Origin: Anthoceros angustus
Taxonomy: Eukaryota; Plantae; Anthocerotophyta
Length of the DNA: 64,000 bases
Reading direction: 5' to 3'
Assembly (NCBI GenBank): GCA_010909165.1
Contig: MU008185.1
Location: forward strand, 744,001 to 808,000
The position numbers were made by a program, and so were the translations under genes. Shown one piece after another: positions 36,938-49,265 of this stretch; positions within the stretch are counted from its first letter, which is position 1; each line of letters begins with the position of its first letter. Under the pieces are notes generated by a model, which had not been told where the DNA came from, made no database searches, and saw only the letters and a program-made list of their open reading frames with translations.

Positions 36938-39900
36938 ATGATGCGCTTACGGGGTTTGAAGCCCACCAATGAAAAGGTGGTGAAACTCCAGATGCACCCC
37001 ACGCTCCCCTGGGTTGCGTATGCTGACACCAATGACAATGTAGTGGTCTGGGATTGGGAGCATCGACAGGTATGCTCTTTGGTCTGAGCGCAAATCCGGG
37101 CGGAGAGGTCTTCTGAGCTTAAAGCAGCACACAATTTGTGATTCCTTTGCGATCAGTGGTATGTTAGGAAGGGATGTGAGGTTTTGTACTGTCCTTCAGA
37201 TTATATATGAAATTAAAGCGGGTGGCGTTGATGAGCGACGACTTGTGGGTGCTCAGCTGCAGAAGATAGCAGAAGGGGAACCAGGTGCACTCTTGGACAA
37301 TATTGGAGCTGCTGCACTTGAAAATTGCGTCACCCTGTTTCTCAGGCAGTTTGTCTAGCATCTGACTTTCTCTTCTGCTAATTGGTCTAACACTGATTTG
37401 TGCCATGCTAATGAAAGCAGAGATCCAGGTCAAAGCAGCTGAAGCAATCAAGGGAGGAAGGTGAACCTTGAACGCTTTCTCCTCCTGTTTTCACCCAAAC
37501 TCTGCTTTAGGTAGTTTGTTTTCAGGATTATGCACTCAAGGTACTGACAAGTTTGCTTTTCTGTGCTGCAGTGTGAAGCAGATCAAGTTCTATGATGATG
37601 ACGTACGCTTTTGGCAAGCGTGGCTCAACCGTACTGCAGCCATGGAGTCACCTGTTGCAGCCAGTAATCAGTTCCCACCCATTGGACCAGGTCCAATGAC
37701 CATAAGGGGCCGGCATTTTCTTGTAATATGCTGTATAAACAAGGTTATTTTTCAAGATTTGGTGAGCATGCGGGCAAGAGATGTGCCAAAGTCTTTGCTG
37801 GAAAACAAGTCACCACTGTGGTATGTTTCTTGACATGTTGTTGTATCCACTGTGATGTGCTATTTGCACCTGTTGTTAGTGTGCGTAGGTCCCCTGAAAC
37901 TGCCTGAATTCCGTCTGGTAGCTGAAAAGTGAAATGTGCAGTGTGGAGTTTCTTCCTCGTTCCATACAAGGGGATGGTCCTCTTGCTGCATTTGGCGGAT
38001 CAGATGGGGTAATCAGGGTGTTATCAATGTCAAATTGGCAGGTACTCTTAATAGTCCTTGTTTCTGCAGCTTTTTCAGGTTCCATTTTGGACTATGCACA
38101 GTAGCAACAAAAGACTACTGTACTGTCTGCAGCTTGTTCGAAGATACTCTGGAGGTCACAAAGGGGCAGTTTCGTGCTTGACTACATTTACATCCCCATC
38201 TGGTGAAGTGAGCGTACAAATCCTTGGGTGCTTCCAGTGTCAAAAGAAATGTTGACCACCTGTTTGAAAGGCGTTGGCTCTATTGGTGTAGCACGTCTTC
38301 TTACCAGTTGAGCATTGCTGGCTTGTCCATATCCACAGACTTTACTTATCTCGGGTGCAAGTGATGGGCTCCTCGTCTTTTGGCCTGCAGACAACGTGCA
38401 AGCAACACGTGAAGTTATGCCTAAGCATTCTCTAAAGGTTGATGTCTTGATCCGTTCTGAGTTGTCTGTGGCACTTTGCTTTCAGCATTGTATGCTTCCA
38501 GTTGGTTGCTCATCCTGTCTCAGTAACCAATTGCTACTGAAGTATGTGACACGCCTTGTTGCAGGCACATGATGGTGGAGTCACTGGTATCGATATTATC
38601 AGGGTGCAGGGATCTTCGCCCTTGCTGGTGACAATAGGTGCAGATAAGGCTCTCGCCGTGTGGCAGACAACCAGTTTTAAGGTATACATCAGCATTCTGC
38701 TCTTTTCTTTTTGTGAGAAGTGCTCTGAGTGGTCGGGCGGCCCCTTTGTGGAAGGTTTCATGATGCTCTCCAACTAATAGCACATTGACAGGAACTCAAA
38801 CGAATGAAACCTGTTTCAAAGGTTCCTTGTCACAGTGTGGCCTCCTGGTCTCATCCTCGGGTTCCTGGCATCAATATTTTGACCTGTGTCAAGGACTCAC
38901 ATATCTGGTACGCCCTAACAGATGGTATGCTCTCAACTGTGAAGTCACTGCCACTTGAACTGTGAGGTTGACAATTGTACTGTCCTTTTCCACAGGGCGA
39001 TTGAGTCAGTTGAATCCTTTGGTGCCACGACCAGGGCTCTCTGTGAGTTGTCATCTCAGCTGCCGGCTAGTCTGCAGTCACCCAACAAGAAATTAAAGGT
39101 GTGCTTGTTTGTGCTTGTTTGTGTTATTTAACTCTCTGTTCTGTGTGTGTTGTTTGCAATTATGTGATATGTTGAATCTGACAAGCTTGCCTACTATGGT
39201 AAGGCGATTGAGGACCTTTGCAGGGGCCTGGAGCCTATATTAATGCAAGAATGTTCTGTGAATCAGGGATATTGCATGGCAGTACATCCATTACAGCCTC
39301 AGTATGTAGCTGTGGGGACCAGTTCTGGCATCTTTCTGAGCGAATTCGATGCATCAGCAGTCCCTGCAGCAGCTGCTCTTCCAACACCTGCAGGAAGCAA
39401 AGAGCATCAAGTGATCTGTGCAGTAAACCGGGAGCTTCGGTTGTTGTCATTTCAGTTGTCACAAAGTTCGATTGGGACTGCTACCTCTGCAATAGAAGCA
39501 GGGCGTGCAAGAACTGATTCTGCAGTTGAAGCATCACAGTTTCAAGTGAAACAGAACCGGAAAACGGTGGGATCCATTCCTCACGATTTGTATGCATGGA
39601 CAGCAACAAGTAAAAGTGGGAAGTACGTATGCGTGGACCGATAGGTGGATCTGTTTGTACCTTGATAATTCTGACATGCTATTCAGGGTCCGTGGAACTA
39701 GTCTCCCAGCTTTTGGTCCTTTCCTCACCAATGACTTAGTTTTGTGTTGACACCTTCAGGTACGTTTCTGTGGTGTGGCCTGATGTTCCCGCCTATTGTG
39801 TTTATGGAACAAAAGACTGGAATATCGTGGATTCAGGACAGGGGAAGTACTTTGCATGGGATTCCTGCAAGGAACGGTATGCTCTCATAGAGATGGTTCC

Positions 39901-42900
39901 AGGACCAAAGCTGCCTCCTGTATTAAAAGGTTCCTCAAAGAAAGCAAGAGAAGCAGCTGCACAGGCTGCAGCGATTGCCGCAGCAGCTGCTGCCAGTGCC
40001 GCTGCATCAGCATCTGTTGAAGTGCGGATTTTGCTAGATGATGGAAGCTCTAATTTACTGGCAAAATCCATTGAGGGAAGAAGTGAACCGGTACTGTTGT
40101 TGAAGCTTTGTCCCTGGTCGTGAAGAGCGGTTTATTATATTTCTGTGCACTTATGAACTGTCGTTTTCCAGGTGATTGGGTTACAAGGCGGTGCTTTACT
40201 TGGAGTTGCATACAAGATGCCGAGGCGGTCGAACCTGCATAGTGCCGCTGTAGCAGCAGCAGCATCTGCTGCTGCTCAGAATACCAGCTTGGATGATGGC
40301 TTTGGTGGAGTTAGGTTGTCGCCAAGTGAAGATCCTCCCAACTTTCAGCTGTACAGGTAATCTTCTGTCAAAGGGGCTGCGGCCCTTGATGCGAACCAAT
40401 GAATTGATTACTTAGATGCCTTCTAATCATACGTCTGGTGGCATCTCCACAGCTGGGAGACATATCAACCAGTTGGTGGGCTGCTGCCTCAGCCTCTGTG
40501 GTCAGCATGGGATCAAACAGTGGAATATTGTGCATTAGCTTATGAGCAGTACATTGTAATATGTGCTCTGCGGCCTGCATTCAGATACCTTGGAAATGTT
40601 GCCATACAATCTGCCACAGGTGGTGTCTGGCATCGTCGTCAACTTTTTGTTGCAACTCCTACAACAATTGAGTGAGTCTTCAGGTCCTGGGTGGGTCATT
40701 CAGTTGTTTGGTGGTCTAACAGTATCTGTTGAACGTGGTCTGATCTCGCAGGATTGTAGATGTGTGTTTGTGGACGCAGGTGTGAGTGTAGCAGATATTG
40801 AATTTAAGAAGAAAAAGGAAGAATTAAAGGCTCTGGAGGCTCAGGCTAAGGCTGTAGCGCAGCATGGTGAACTAGCACTAATCACAGTGGAGGCCCCTCA
40901 GGCTGCTGCTCCTGTGGAGACAACTGCTCTTCGACCTCCAATGCTTCAGGTTTGAAGTCATGTTTCTGGACAAATAGGCTTGTTACAGAGTATCACAGTG
41001 TTGGACAGTCTTGGGAGAGTAGGAAGTGGATTTCACGCCTATTATATCAACCCACAGTCGGCGTGTATGTATGTAAGCAACCAATTCAATTTCTGGAAGA
41101 CTAATATGCTTCCCGTTTATGTTTCAGGTCGTCAGGTTGGCATCGTTTCAGAGTGCTCCATCCGTACCCCCGTTTTTGAGCATGCCAAAGCAGCAGCCCA
41201 AACCAGATGCTGATAGTGGACCTGTGATCAAAGAGTTCGAGGAGAGGAAAGTATCTGAAGTGGCAGTGGCGGGAGGGGGTATTTCTGTTGCCAATTCTCG
41301 ATTGCCGCCTGAACAGAAGCGTCCTGTTGGACCTCTGGTGGTCGTTGGGGTGCGGGACGGGGTGCTGTGGTTGGTGGACAGGTCTGTTCTCTGCTCCTTA
41401 GCACCCCAATGTTGTTTCTTGCCACGTGCCGGCATTGTATTTGGGCTCCCTCAAGTTGTTCAGCTGCTGTGCATGGGAGACGTATGGTCAAATTGTAGTG
41501 ATGGTTCCCGGCGTCCACCTACCTCTGTGTTGAATGGACATCTCTCTCATTGCAGGCACATGACAGCTCACGCCATCGGTCTCACTCATCCTGGGATAAG
41601 GTGCCGATGTCTTGCTGCCTATGGTGATTCCGTCAGTGCGGTGAAATGGTGAGAAACCTGCCGTCTGTATCAGCAGGCTTCTTCTTCTCAGGCAGACATG
41701 GCTGGAATTAACAAAGTGTGTGCTAAATACCAGGGCATCCAGACTAGGTAGAGAGCACCATGATGATCTAGCACAGTTTATGCTTGGTATGGGATACGCC
41801 CAAGAAGCCTTGCATCTTCCAGGGTTGTCGAAAAGGTGAGCGATACGTTGTACAGGGTTCCATGGATGGGGTGAGCTTAATGATGGTTGCCGCTGGTCAG
41901 AGCTGATGTTTGTATGTGCCTGTGCCTTGACAGACTGGAGTATGATCTAGCAATACAAAGCGGGGATCTAAAGAGAGCACTCCAGTGCCTGATTATGCTG
42001 AGCCACAGCAAAAATTTGAGACTTGAACAGGAAGTTGATTCTGGACTTCAAGCTTTAGCCAAGAAATTGGACGTGAAGGTGGAGATTGCCAGTTTTGCGG
42101 CCATCAAAGGGCCCAAGCCTGTTCTGGCAGACAAGGACATGGATGCTCTGTCCGGAATTGCCAAATTTGCTGAAGAGTATCTTCGATTGATCGACGCGGC
42201 TGATGCAACTGGGCAGAGTGACATCAACAGCCAAGCCCTGAAACGACTGGCTGCTGCTGGGGTGATGACAGATGCCTTTCGTGCACATGAGATCCGGGGG
42301 TTAGCCTTGCGCCTGGCGACACATGGGGAGCTCTCACGACTTGGGGTGCGTTTTTTCCCTTGAATGATATCACCTGTCTTGTTTTCGTTGAGAGTGAGCT
42401 GCAGGTGCGCGGTTCCTCACTTTTTGCAAGCGTGACAGGTGCTAGCGAACACATTGATCGCTGCGGAACAAGGCCGGGAGGCAGCTCTGGCAGCTGCTTT
42501 CTTGGGGGACCCGAATCTTGTGGAGAAGGCATTTTTGGAGACCGGAATGTATGCTGAGGCTGCTCTTCATGCCCATGTAAGTCCAATTTTCTGCAGTTCG
42601 CAACACACTGTCGTGAGAACGAGGACCATGTTGAGGAGATCTCTCTACGTATGCACCCTTGCGCAGGCCCATGGAAGAGCTACTCTCAAGACGGTGCTCG
42701 AGGTGTGGAGTCGGTCTCTGGACAGGGAGCAGCAGAAAGGTGCACCCGAGCCAGAAGTGCTGGCTCCTCTGACTCCTTCCCGGAAGACACCCCTTTCCTT
42801 CGGCCCCGTCCAGCCTCCCAGGAAGCCCCTTGTGGAAATCGTCCCACCGGGAAATGTGAAACCGGCGGCCTCTTTAGCCTCCCTCACCGGCCCCACACTT

Positions 42901-43272
42901 CAGCAGAAATCGGCCATCAACCCGGCAGCAGTCAACTCCCAGCCAGGACAACTGCTGGCGATCGAAGGCCCTCCCCTGCTACCCGGTTACGCCAGCGCAC
43001 TTCCTACAGCAGCTCCAGGCTTGGGCCCCCCAGCTTCTGTTCCCATTGCGTCGATCCCAACCCCTCCCGGAACCCTAGCCCCCTTGGTGGAAGCCAGTCC
43101 TCCCTTTTCTGCCCAAGCTGTGCCTGGGGCCGGGGCACCGTTCTTGCCCATTGCCCCGCCAGACCCCTTCGCTGCATTCCAACCCGCAGCCCTATTCGCT
43201 GCCTTCTCAGACGCCCCTTTCACGGCCTCCTCCGAGCCTCCCGGCCCTCCGATGAAGCCTGCCGTCGTCTAA
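36938..43272 (+). CDS. TWD40-2: TPLATE/TSET complex WD40 subunit (TWD40-2/TTRAY-like), multi-exon
   Basis: GCCACCATG start. MMRLRGLKPTNEKVVKLQMHPTLPWV...WDWEHRQ|IIYEIKAGGVDERRLVGAQL, FYDDDVRFWQ, VAQHGELALI, HPGIRCRCLAAYGD, ASRLGREHHDDLAQFMLGMGYA, EAALHAH; Pro-rich C-terminus. Confidence 0.9.
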
Positions 43273-44576
43273 TTCCTCACCGCAGGTTTTCTACGGCGAG
43301 TCCACTGCTTTGTTTCTTTGTTTTGTTCCCGGAGTCGCACCCTTGTCGGGATGCTGTCCACGAGGGCTATGTATGTACAGATTGCACGATTCTTTTCACC
43401 TGGACTCGCAATCCTTCATCTTTCCCTACTTGAGCAAGCAAGCCGGGCCCAAGCGGGTACTGGTCTCGGGATGTTCCCGGATTTGGTACGCTGGCGTGGA
43501 GTGCAGCAAGAGGAGGCGGTCTTGTGAAAAACGTAAACGCTAACGCATACAATATCCAGCTCATTAGGTCTAGCTTAGCTCAGCAGGGACGGTGGCTTGT
43601 ACTTGCCTGCCGTAGCGGAACAGAGCAGAGCGGATCAGACCTGCGAGCAGACCTGCGCGCCTCCTGGAGTCCTGTGTGCGTCTGGCCAGTACTTCGCTGG
43701 GCGTACGTAGTCGCCCAGGCCCGGGCCCCTCCCTTGTCGTTTGCTTGTCCGCTGTCAGCCAGCCCTGGTGAGCTCATCACACACGCTGCAGCAAGTACCT
43801 GGCGCAGCTGCTCCGGGGCCCGGGCCCCGGCCCGGCCTGTCCCGGGCCGCTGCTCCCTGCGCTTGTCAAGATTATCCTATCTCCTCTGTCCTCGTCGCAC
43901 GAAGCACTCGGGGCCGCAATTCCTCACACACACCGTGAGCGACCTTCGGATTTGGTGACTGCAGAAAGGCGCCACACACGTATGACGGAGGCTGTGAAGC
44001 GTGAAGCCGCTGCGGGCTGCGGGGCTGCGAGGCGCGCGCAGCGGGAAAAAAGGATGAATATCGCCTCCCCGATTAGCGGTTGCGGTGGCCTGGCCCAACC
44101 ACCAGAATTCGGTGTGAAACACAACAGGACAAATCGGAAGATAACGGACGATGCCGCCCTTTGCGAACTTGCTCTACCACCCTAGCTATTAATATCGGAT
44201 ATCGGTCTCGGAGAGGCCTGCCTACCGGTATCGGCATCAAGCATTTAAATATAAGGCCCCTCAAAATATATGGGGTCCTGTAGATAATAAGTCATGCAAC
44301 AAGATCGATATGCTATGCACAGGTTTTTGAAACGAAGGCCTGCCCTTCCCTGCTCTATTGAGCGAGCGAGATGAGGAGCAGCAGGAAGAGGCCCAGAGGT
44401 GATAACCAGAGAGACCGTGGGCCTGGGCCCTGTGAGTGAGGGCTTTACAAAATTGTCCTGTCTCATCTCACGCCAAGATAGCGGCTAATCTACATCTACA
44501 GCAAGGAAGAGAGGTAAAGCAAACGGAAGCAAAAATGTTTTGCGGATGAAGGAAAAGGAAGGAAGGCCGAACAAAC

Positions 44577-46581
44577 TCAAGCGTCCTCCTCCTCGATTTC
44601 GGAGCTGATTGCGAACAACTGCATGGCACAGCCTCGGACACCGTTCGCTAGTTGCTCCTCGTCGTCGGGGCCTTCGTGTTGGTTGTAGAGCAGGAGGCCT
44701 GTTTCTTCATCCGGATGGGTGAGGTCGGGGAGCTCGAAGGATGGAGGAGGTGGTGCCGCCGCCGCCACCGCCACCGCCGCCGCCGAGGTGAGAAGCTTGG
44801 CCCTGGCCGCCTCGAAGGCCCAGTCGGTGCGGAGCACGACGTAGAGGATGGAGGAGGCGCAGGCGACCTGCGCAGCGAGGAGGCCGTACCAGAGGCCGCC
44901 GAACCCTACCTTGAACCAGAAGGCGAGAGCCACAGCCACCGGGGTGCCCAGGAAGTAGAAGGAGCCCAGGTTGATGCGGGCGCCGATGGCGGGGCGGGCG
45001 CTGCCCCGGAGCACGCCGCAGCCGGTGGTCTGGGGGCAGTTGCCCAGCTCGCAGAGGCCCATTATTGGCATGACGGCGGCCGCCAGGGCCAGCACGCTCT
45101 GGTCGGTGGTGAAGACATGCGCCCAGCGGTTGCGCAGCAGGGTGGTCCAGGCGACGCTGACGAGGGCGATGGCGAGGGCGCAGGCCAGGGCCACGAGGGA
45201 GGCGGTGCGGGCGCGGGCGGGGCGGGCGGCGCCCAGCTCGTTCCCCACCCGGGTGGAGACGGAGGAGCTCAGGGCCAGGGGGAAGGTGTACATGAGGGAG
45301 GTGGTCTGGATGAGGATGGCGGTGGTGGCTACGGCCACCTGAGGCTCGGGGAGGTAGCCGGCAAGGAGGGTCATGATCTCGTACCACCACCACTCGAGGC
45401 AGATGGCGAAGCAGGAGGGCAGGGCCAGGGAGAGCAGCGGCCACCATTCCCTGAGCGCGGCGCGCGACCAGCCGTGCCAGGTGCGGCGGCACGCGCGCGA
45501 GCAGCGTACATAGGCCACCAGGAAGAACACCATGTTGAAGTTGGTGCACACGGCGGCCATGGCCACCCCCGGGACGCCCAGCTTCAGCACGAACACCAGC
45601 ACCACGTTGAGCGGAACGTGGATGAGCACCGCCAGCGCGCTGCACCACATCATGGGCGTGGTGATGCCCTGCGACCGCAGGTACACCCGCAGCGGCTGCA
45701 GCAGGCTGTTGGCCAGCAGGTCCGGGAGCGAGTAGAGGCAGTAGGTGCCCGCCACGGCCGTGATGCTGGCGTCCTGCCCCAGCGCCAGCAGGATTCGCTC
45801 CAGGTTGAGCCAGAGCAGCCCGATGGGCAGGCACGCCGAGAGGAGGATGAGGATGGTGCGCTGCAGCGTCACGCCCATGAGCGCCCAGTTCTTGGACCCG
45901 AACGCCTGCCCGCACACCGGGTCCATCCCCGACGCCAGCCCGAACAGCACCGAGTAGCCCGTGATGTTGGTGAAGCCGATGGACAGCGCCCCTCCCGCCA
46001 GCTCCAGCCCGCCCAGCCGCCCCAGGCACAGCACCGAGATCATTGCCCGGAGGTACACCACGCAATTCACCGCAGCAACGGGGACGACGATGTTCCCCAG
46101 TAGCTTCACCTCCTCCACAATCTGCCCCACCCACCATCGCCACCACACTCCTCTCAGTGGCAGTGCACTCACTGCACAAACTCTACGCTACGCACAGCGC
46201 TTTCCTTTCCTCCGCAAAAGCCCGCAGAAACCAACAACCACACAAATCCTTCGCTTCCCTCTCCCTTCCCAATCCAGCTACTCTCACAGCACCCACCACC
46301 CTGCAATGCTTGCGCAAGCGAGCAAGGAAGGAAACCCACAAATTGCTGCTCCCGCATTGCGCAATTCACACTCCCGGTGCACCCGCAGCAGGCAATACGC
46401 ACTCAGAGCCGAGCCAAGCCAAGCAACAAGAGGCGCTTCCCCCCAAATTCGAAGCGCCCACAACGCCACCACAAGCAAGCGCCCAACAAATCCCACCCCG
46501 CCCTGCGCCCAAATTTCAGTCCATTACCTGCCGGGTCGACGGAAATCGCTTCAGCGCCTCCAGCTCGTCGAGGTCCTCCAT
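44577..46581 (-). CDS. DTX54: MATE efflux transporter, DTX54/BIGE1-like; 2 exons (46581-46528, 46121-44577)
   Basis: Exon 1 [18 protein letters not shown]|GT. Exon 2 [74 protein letters not shown]. Confidence 0.93.
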
Positions 46582-46959
46582 CGCTCTCCCCTCCTCCCCC
46601 AGACTACCCATTGGCGGACTGCAATGCCACAACAGCAAAAATCAAGAGAAAGCGCAGCCTCCACACAGCCCTGTGCTACCGGAGGGTTCCCTTTTTAAGG
46701 AGACGGCAATAATTTTAATCACGACGGCATCACCCGCCTCTATTACCCCTTCTATCTTCCCACAAAAGGACTCTTGTGAAGGAAACTAGTTAAAAATCTA
46801 TTTTTTAGTTACAACCATCCAATAGATTGTGAGATGACTCGGATCCAGCAGGTAAAAGAACGATGCTGACTGGATGGATTCAGTATAAAAGGATAATTAG
46901 AGACGTTAGTCAGACGCTTCTACCCATATGGGTACTTTTATACGCCCTGAAGCCCACCT

Positions 46960-48270
46960 TGGAATTCGCGCCTCAGTGCGCTGTCAGGAAGCCCTAATGC
47001 GCTTCCAGTACACTGCAATACGACGAAAGGTTAGGTAGATGTTCCTTACCCTTCCCATGCCCTAATGCAAATTCGCACCTCAGTGTGCCGTCAGGACACC
47101 CTAATGTGCTTTCAGTACACTGTAATACGACGAAAGGTTAGGTAGATGTTCCTTGCCCTTCCTGCGCCCTAATGCGCTTTGAGTACACTATAATACAACA
47201 AAAAGGTTAGGTAGATGCTTCTAGCCCTTCCCGCGCTCTAATGCGGTTTCAGTACACTCCAATACGACAAAAGGTTAAGTGGATGCTCCTTGCCCTTCTC
47301 GCGCGCTCATGCACCCTAATGCAAATTCGCGCCTCAATGTGCCTTCAAGATGCCCTAATGCGCTTTCCGTACACTATAATACGACTTTCAGTATATTGTA
47401 ATACGATAAAAGGTTAGATAGATGCTCCTTGCCCTTTCCCACGCTCATGCGCTCTAATGCAAATTCGCGCCTTATTGTGCTATCAGGGCGCCTAAATGCG
47501 CTTTCGATGCTTCTTGCCCTTCCCCCAGATTTCTTACACTAGAAAACAAGAAGACAACCTATTGGCTAGGTCTCCCGAATCTCCGTCTCAATGCGAATCC
47601 AAGAAGAGGTTCAATACGCTCAGTATGCCTTCGAATCGCCCGACTAAACTTCAATACGCATGCTCTCTATGCCTTGTGTGCCTCTAAGAAGAGGCCCAAT
47701 ACGCTCAGTATGCCTTCGAACCGCCCTACTAAGCTTCTAATATGCCCGCTCTCTATACCTTGTGCGCCTCTAAGAAGACGCCCAATACACCTGCGAACCA
47801 CCCTACTAAGCTTCTAATACGCCCGCTCTCTATACCTTGTGTCCCTTTGAGACACCCCAATACGGCCTTTGGGACACCCCAATACGTTTCAATACCTTGT
47901 GGCACGCCTTGAGACACCCCCATACTTTTCAATACGCTGCTCTCTGTACATTATATATTTGATGTAAGTGCTAGATAGGTGATCATTCCAAACATATACT
48001 TTATCCAGCATGGACACTCTAATACTCTTTCAATACGCTGCTCTCCGTACACTATATTCAATGTGAGTGTTAGATAGATGCTCATTCCAAACATATCCTT
48101 CATCCAAGACACCTTAATATGCTTTCAATAGGCTACTCCTTATACATATTGTAATACAATGTGTTAGATAGATGCTTATTCCAAACATATCTTTTATGCG
48201 TATTTCTTACCATAGAGGTGTGATGCAAATGTTAGATAGATACTCATTCCAAATATATCCTTTATGAGTA
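46960..48270. repeat. Degenerate nested tandem-repeat field, probably TE-derived
   Basis: CCCTAATGCGCTTTCAGTACACT-AATACGAC-AAAGGTTAGGTAGATG recurs at 46990-47520, AATACGCTCAGTATGCCTTCGAA at 47613 and 47698, and GTTAGATAGATGCT-ATTCCAAACATAT at 47970-48260. Confidence 0.75.
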
Positions 48271-49009
48271 CTTACCTTAGCAAAGGAAGAATTAATATAA
48301 TCTATTTTGAGGGCTCACTGTATCTTGAGGACGCCCTAATACACTCCATGTATACGGTGGGAATATTAAAGAACATCTATCTACCTATCTTAGGTACAAA
48401 GAGAAATAACTTAATATTATCTATTACGTCCATTTCTCTTCAATTAATGTGCAATAGGGATTAAGTTTATATATGTCTATGATCTCTGCAATACTATGTA
48501 ATAGGAAGTTAAGTGTGTAAATATCACTTGAATAATTTGCTCTATCTAAAAAGGAGTTAAGTATGCATTTAACACTTAATTAATGTAGTCTATCTAACAA
48601 GAAGTTAAGTATGTACATATGATGTTTATTGCATAATGCGCCAAGTTTTCTCAACTTTAACTTTATTATTCACATGTTGGGGCTGCTTGCATGAGAAAAC
48701 CCAACATGTCCCCACGACGGCGAAAATCTCACCCGGAGGGCTTTATGGTTAGTAAATATATATATGAATCTTGTGCTATGGGATTGTGCCATGAACAAAA
48801 GAAAAATCGCCATGCAATGTGGTTGGAAAGCTTCTTGTGGGGACTGCATAATGTCTTGGAAATGCTTGGTCTGTAAACGGATATAACAAGTTGTGATGTA
48901 ATATAGCGGTGTAAAGAATGGGTATAGCAAGTCGTGATGTCATATAGCGGTGCCAAACTGCTCTTGTAGATGGAATAACAAGCCTTTTCTTGACCCTGGG
49001 CAGACTGAT

Positions 49010-49265
49010 GGGGAGTTTTTAATCTCTTCCTTTTGATGTTTTTGGAGAGCATGTGTATCCTAACCCTTGCAAACTTATTGGGAGTTCTTAATCTCTTCAT
49101 TTTGATGTCCTCGGAGAGCCTCTGTGTCCCGTCTTTATCAGACTCATGGGAAGATTTTAATCTCTACATTTTGATGTCGCCAGAGAGCTTCGATATTTGT
49201 GTCCCATCCTTATCAGACTCATGGGAAGATTTTAATCCCTACATTTTAATGTCCCCGGAAAGCCT
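49010..49265. repeat. ~70-75 bp degenerate tandem repeat
   Basis: TTTAATCTCT-CATTTTGATGTC...TTATCAGACTCATGGGAAGA repeated 3-4 times. Confidence 0.7.

Noticed and set aside
42651-43433. 260 aa alternative-frame ORF over the TWD40-2 3' end
   Set aside because: Low-complexity GC-rich overlap with no recognisable domain.
44652-46179. 483 aa (+) and 490 aa (-) ORFs overlapping the MATE gene
   Set aside because: Expected stop-codon depletion from extreme GC3; no domain features.
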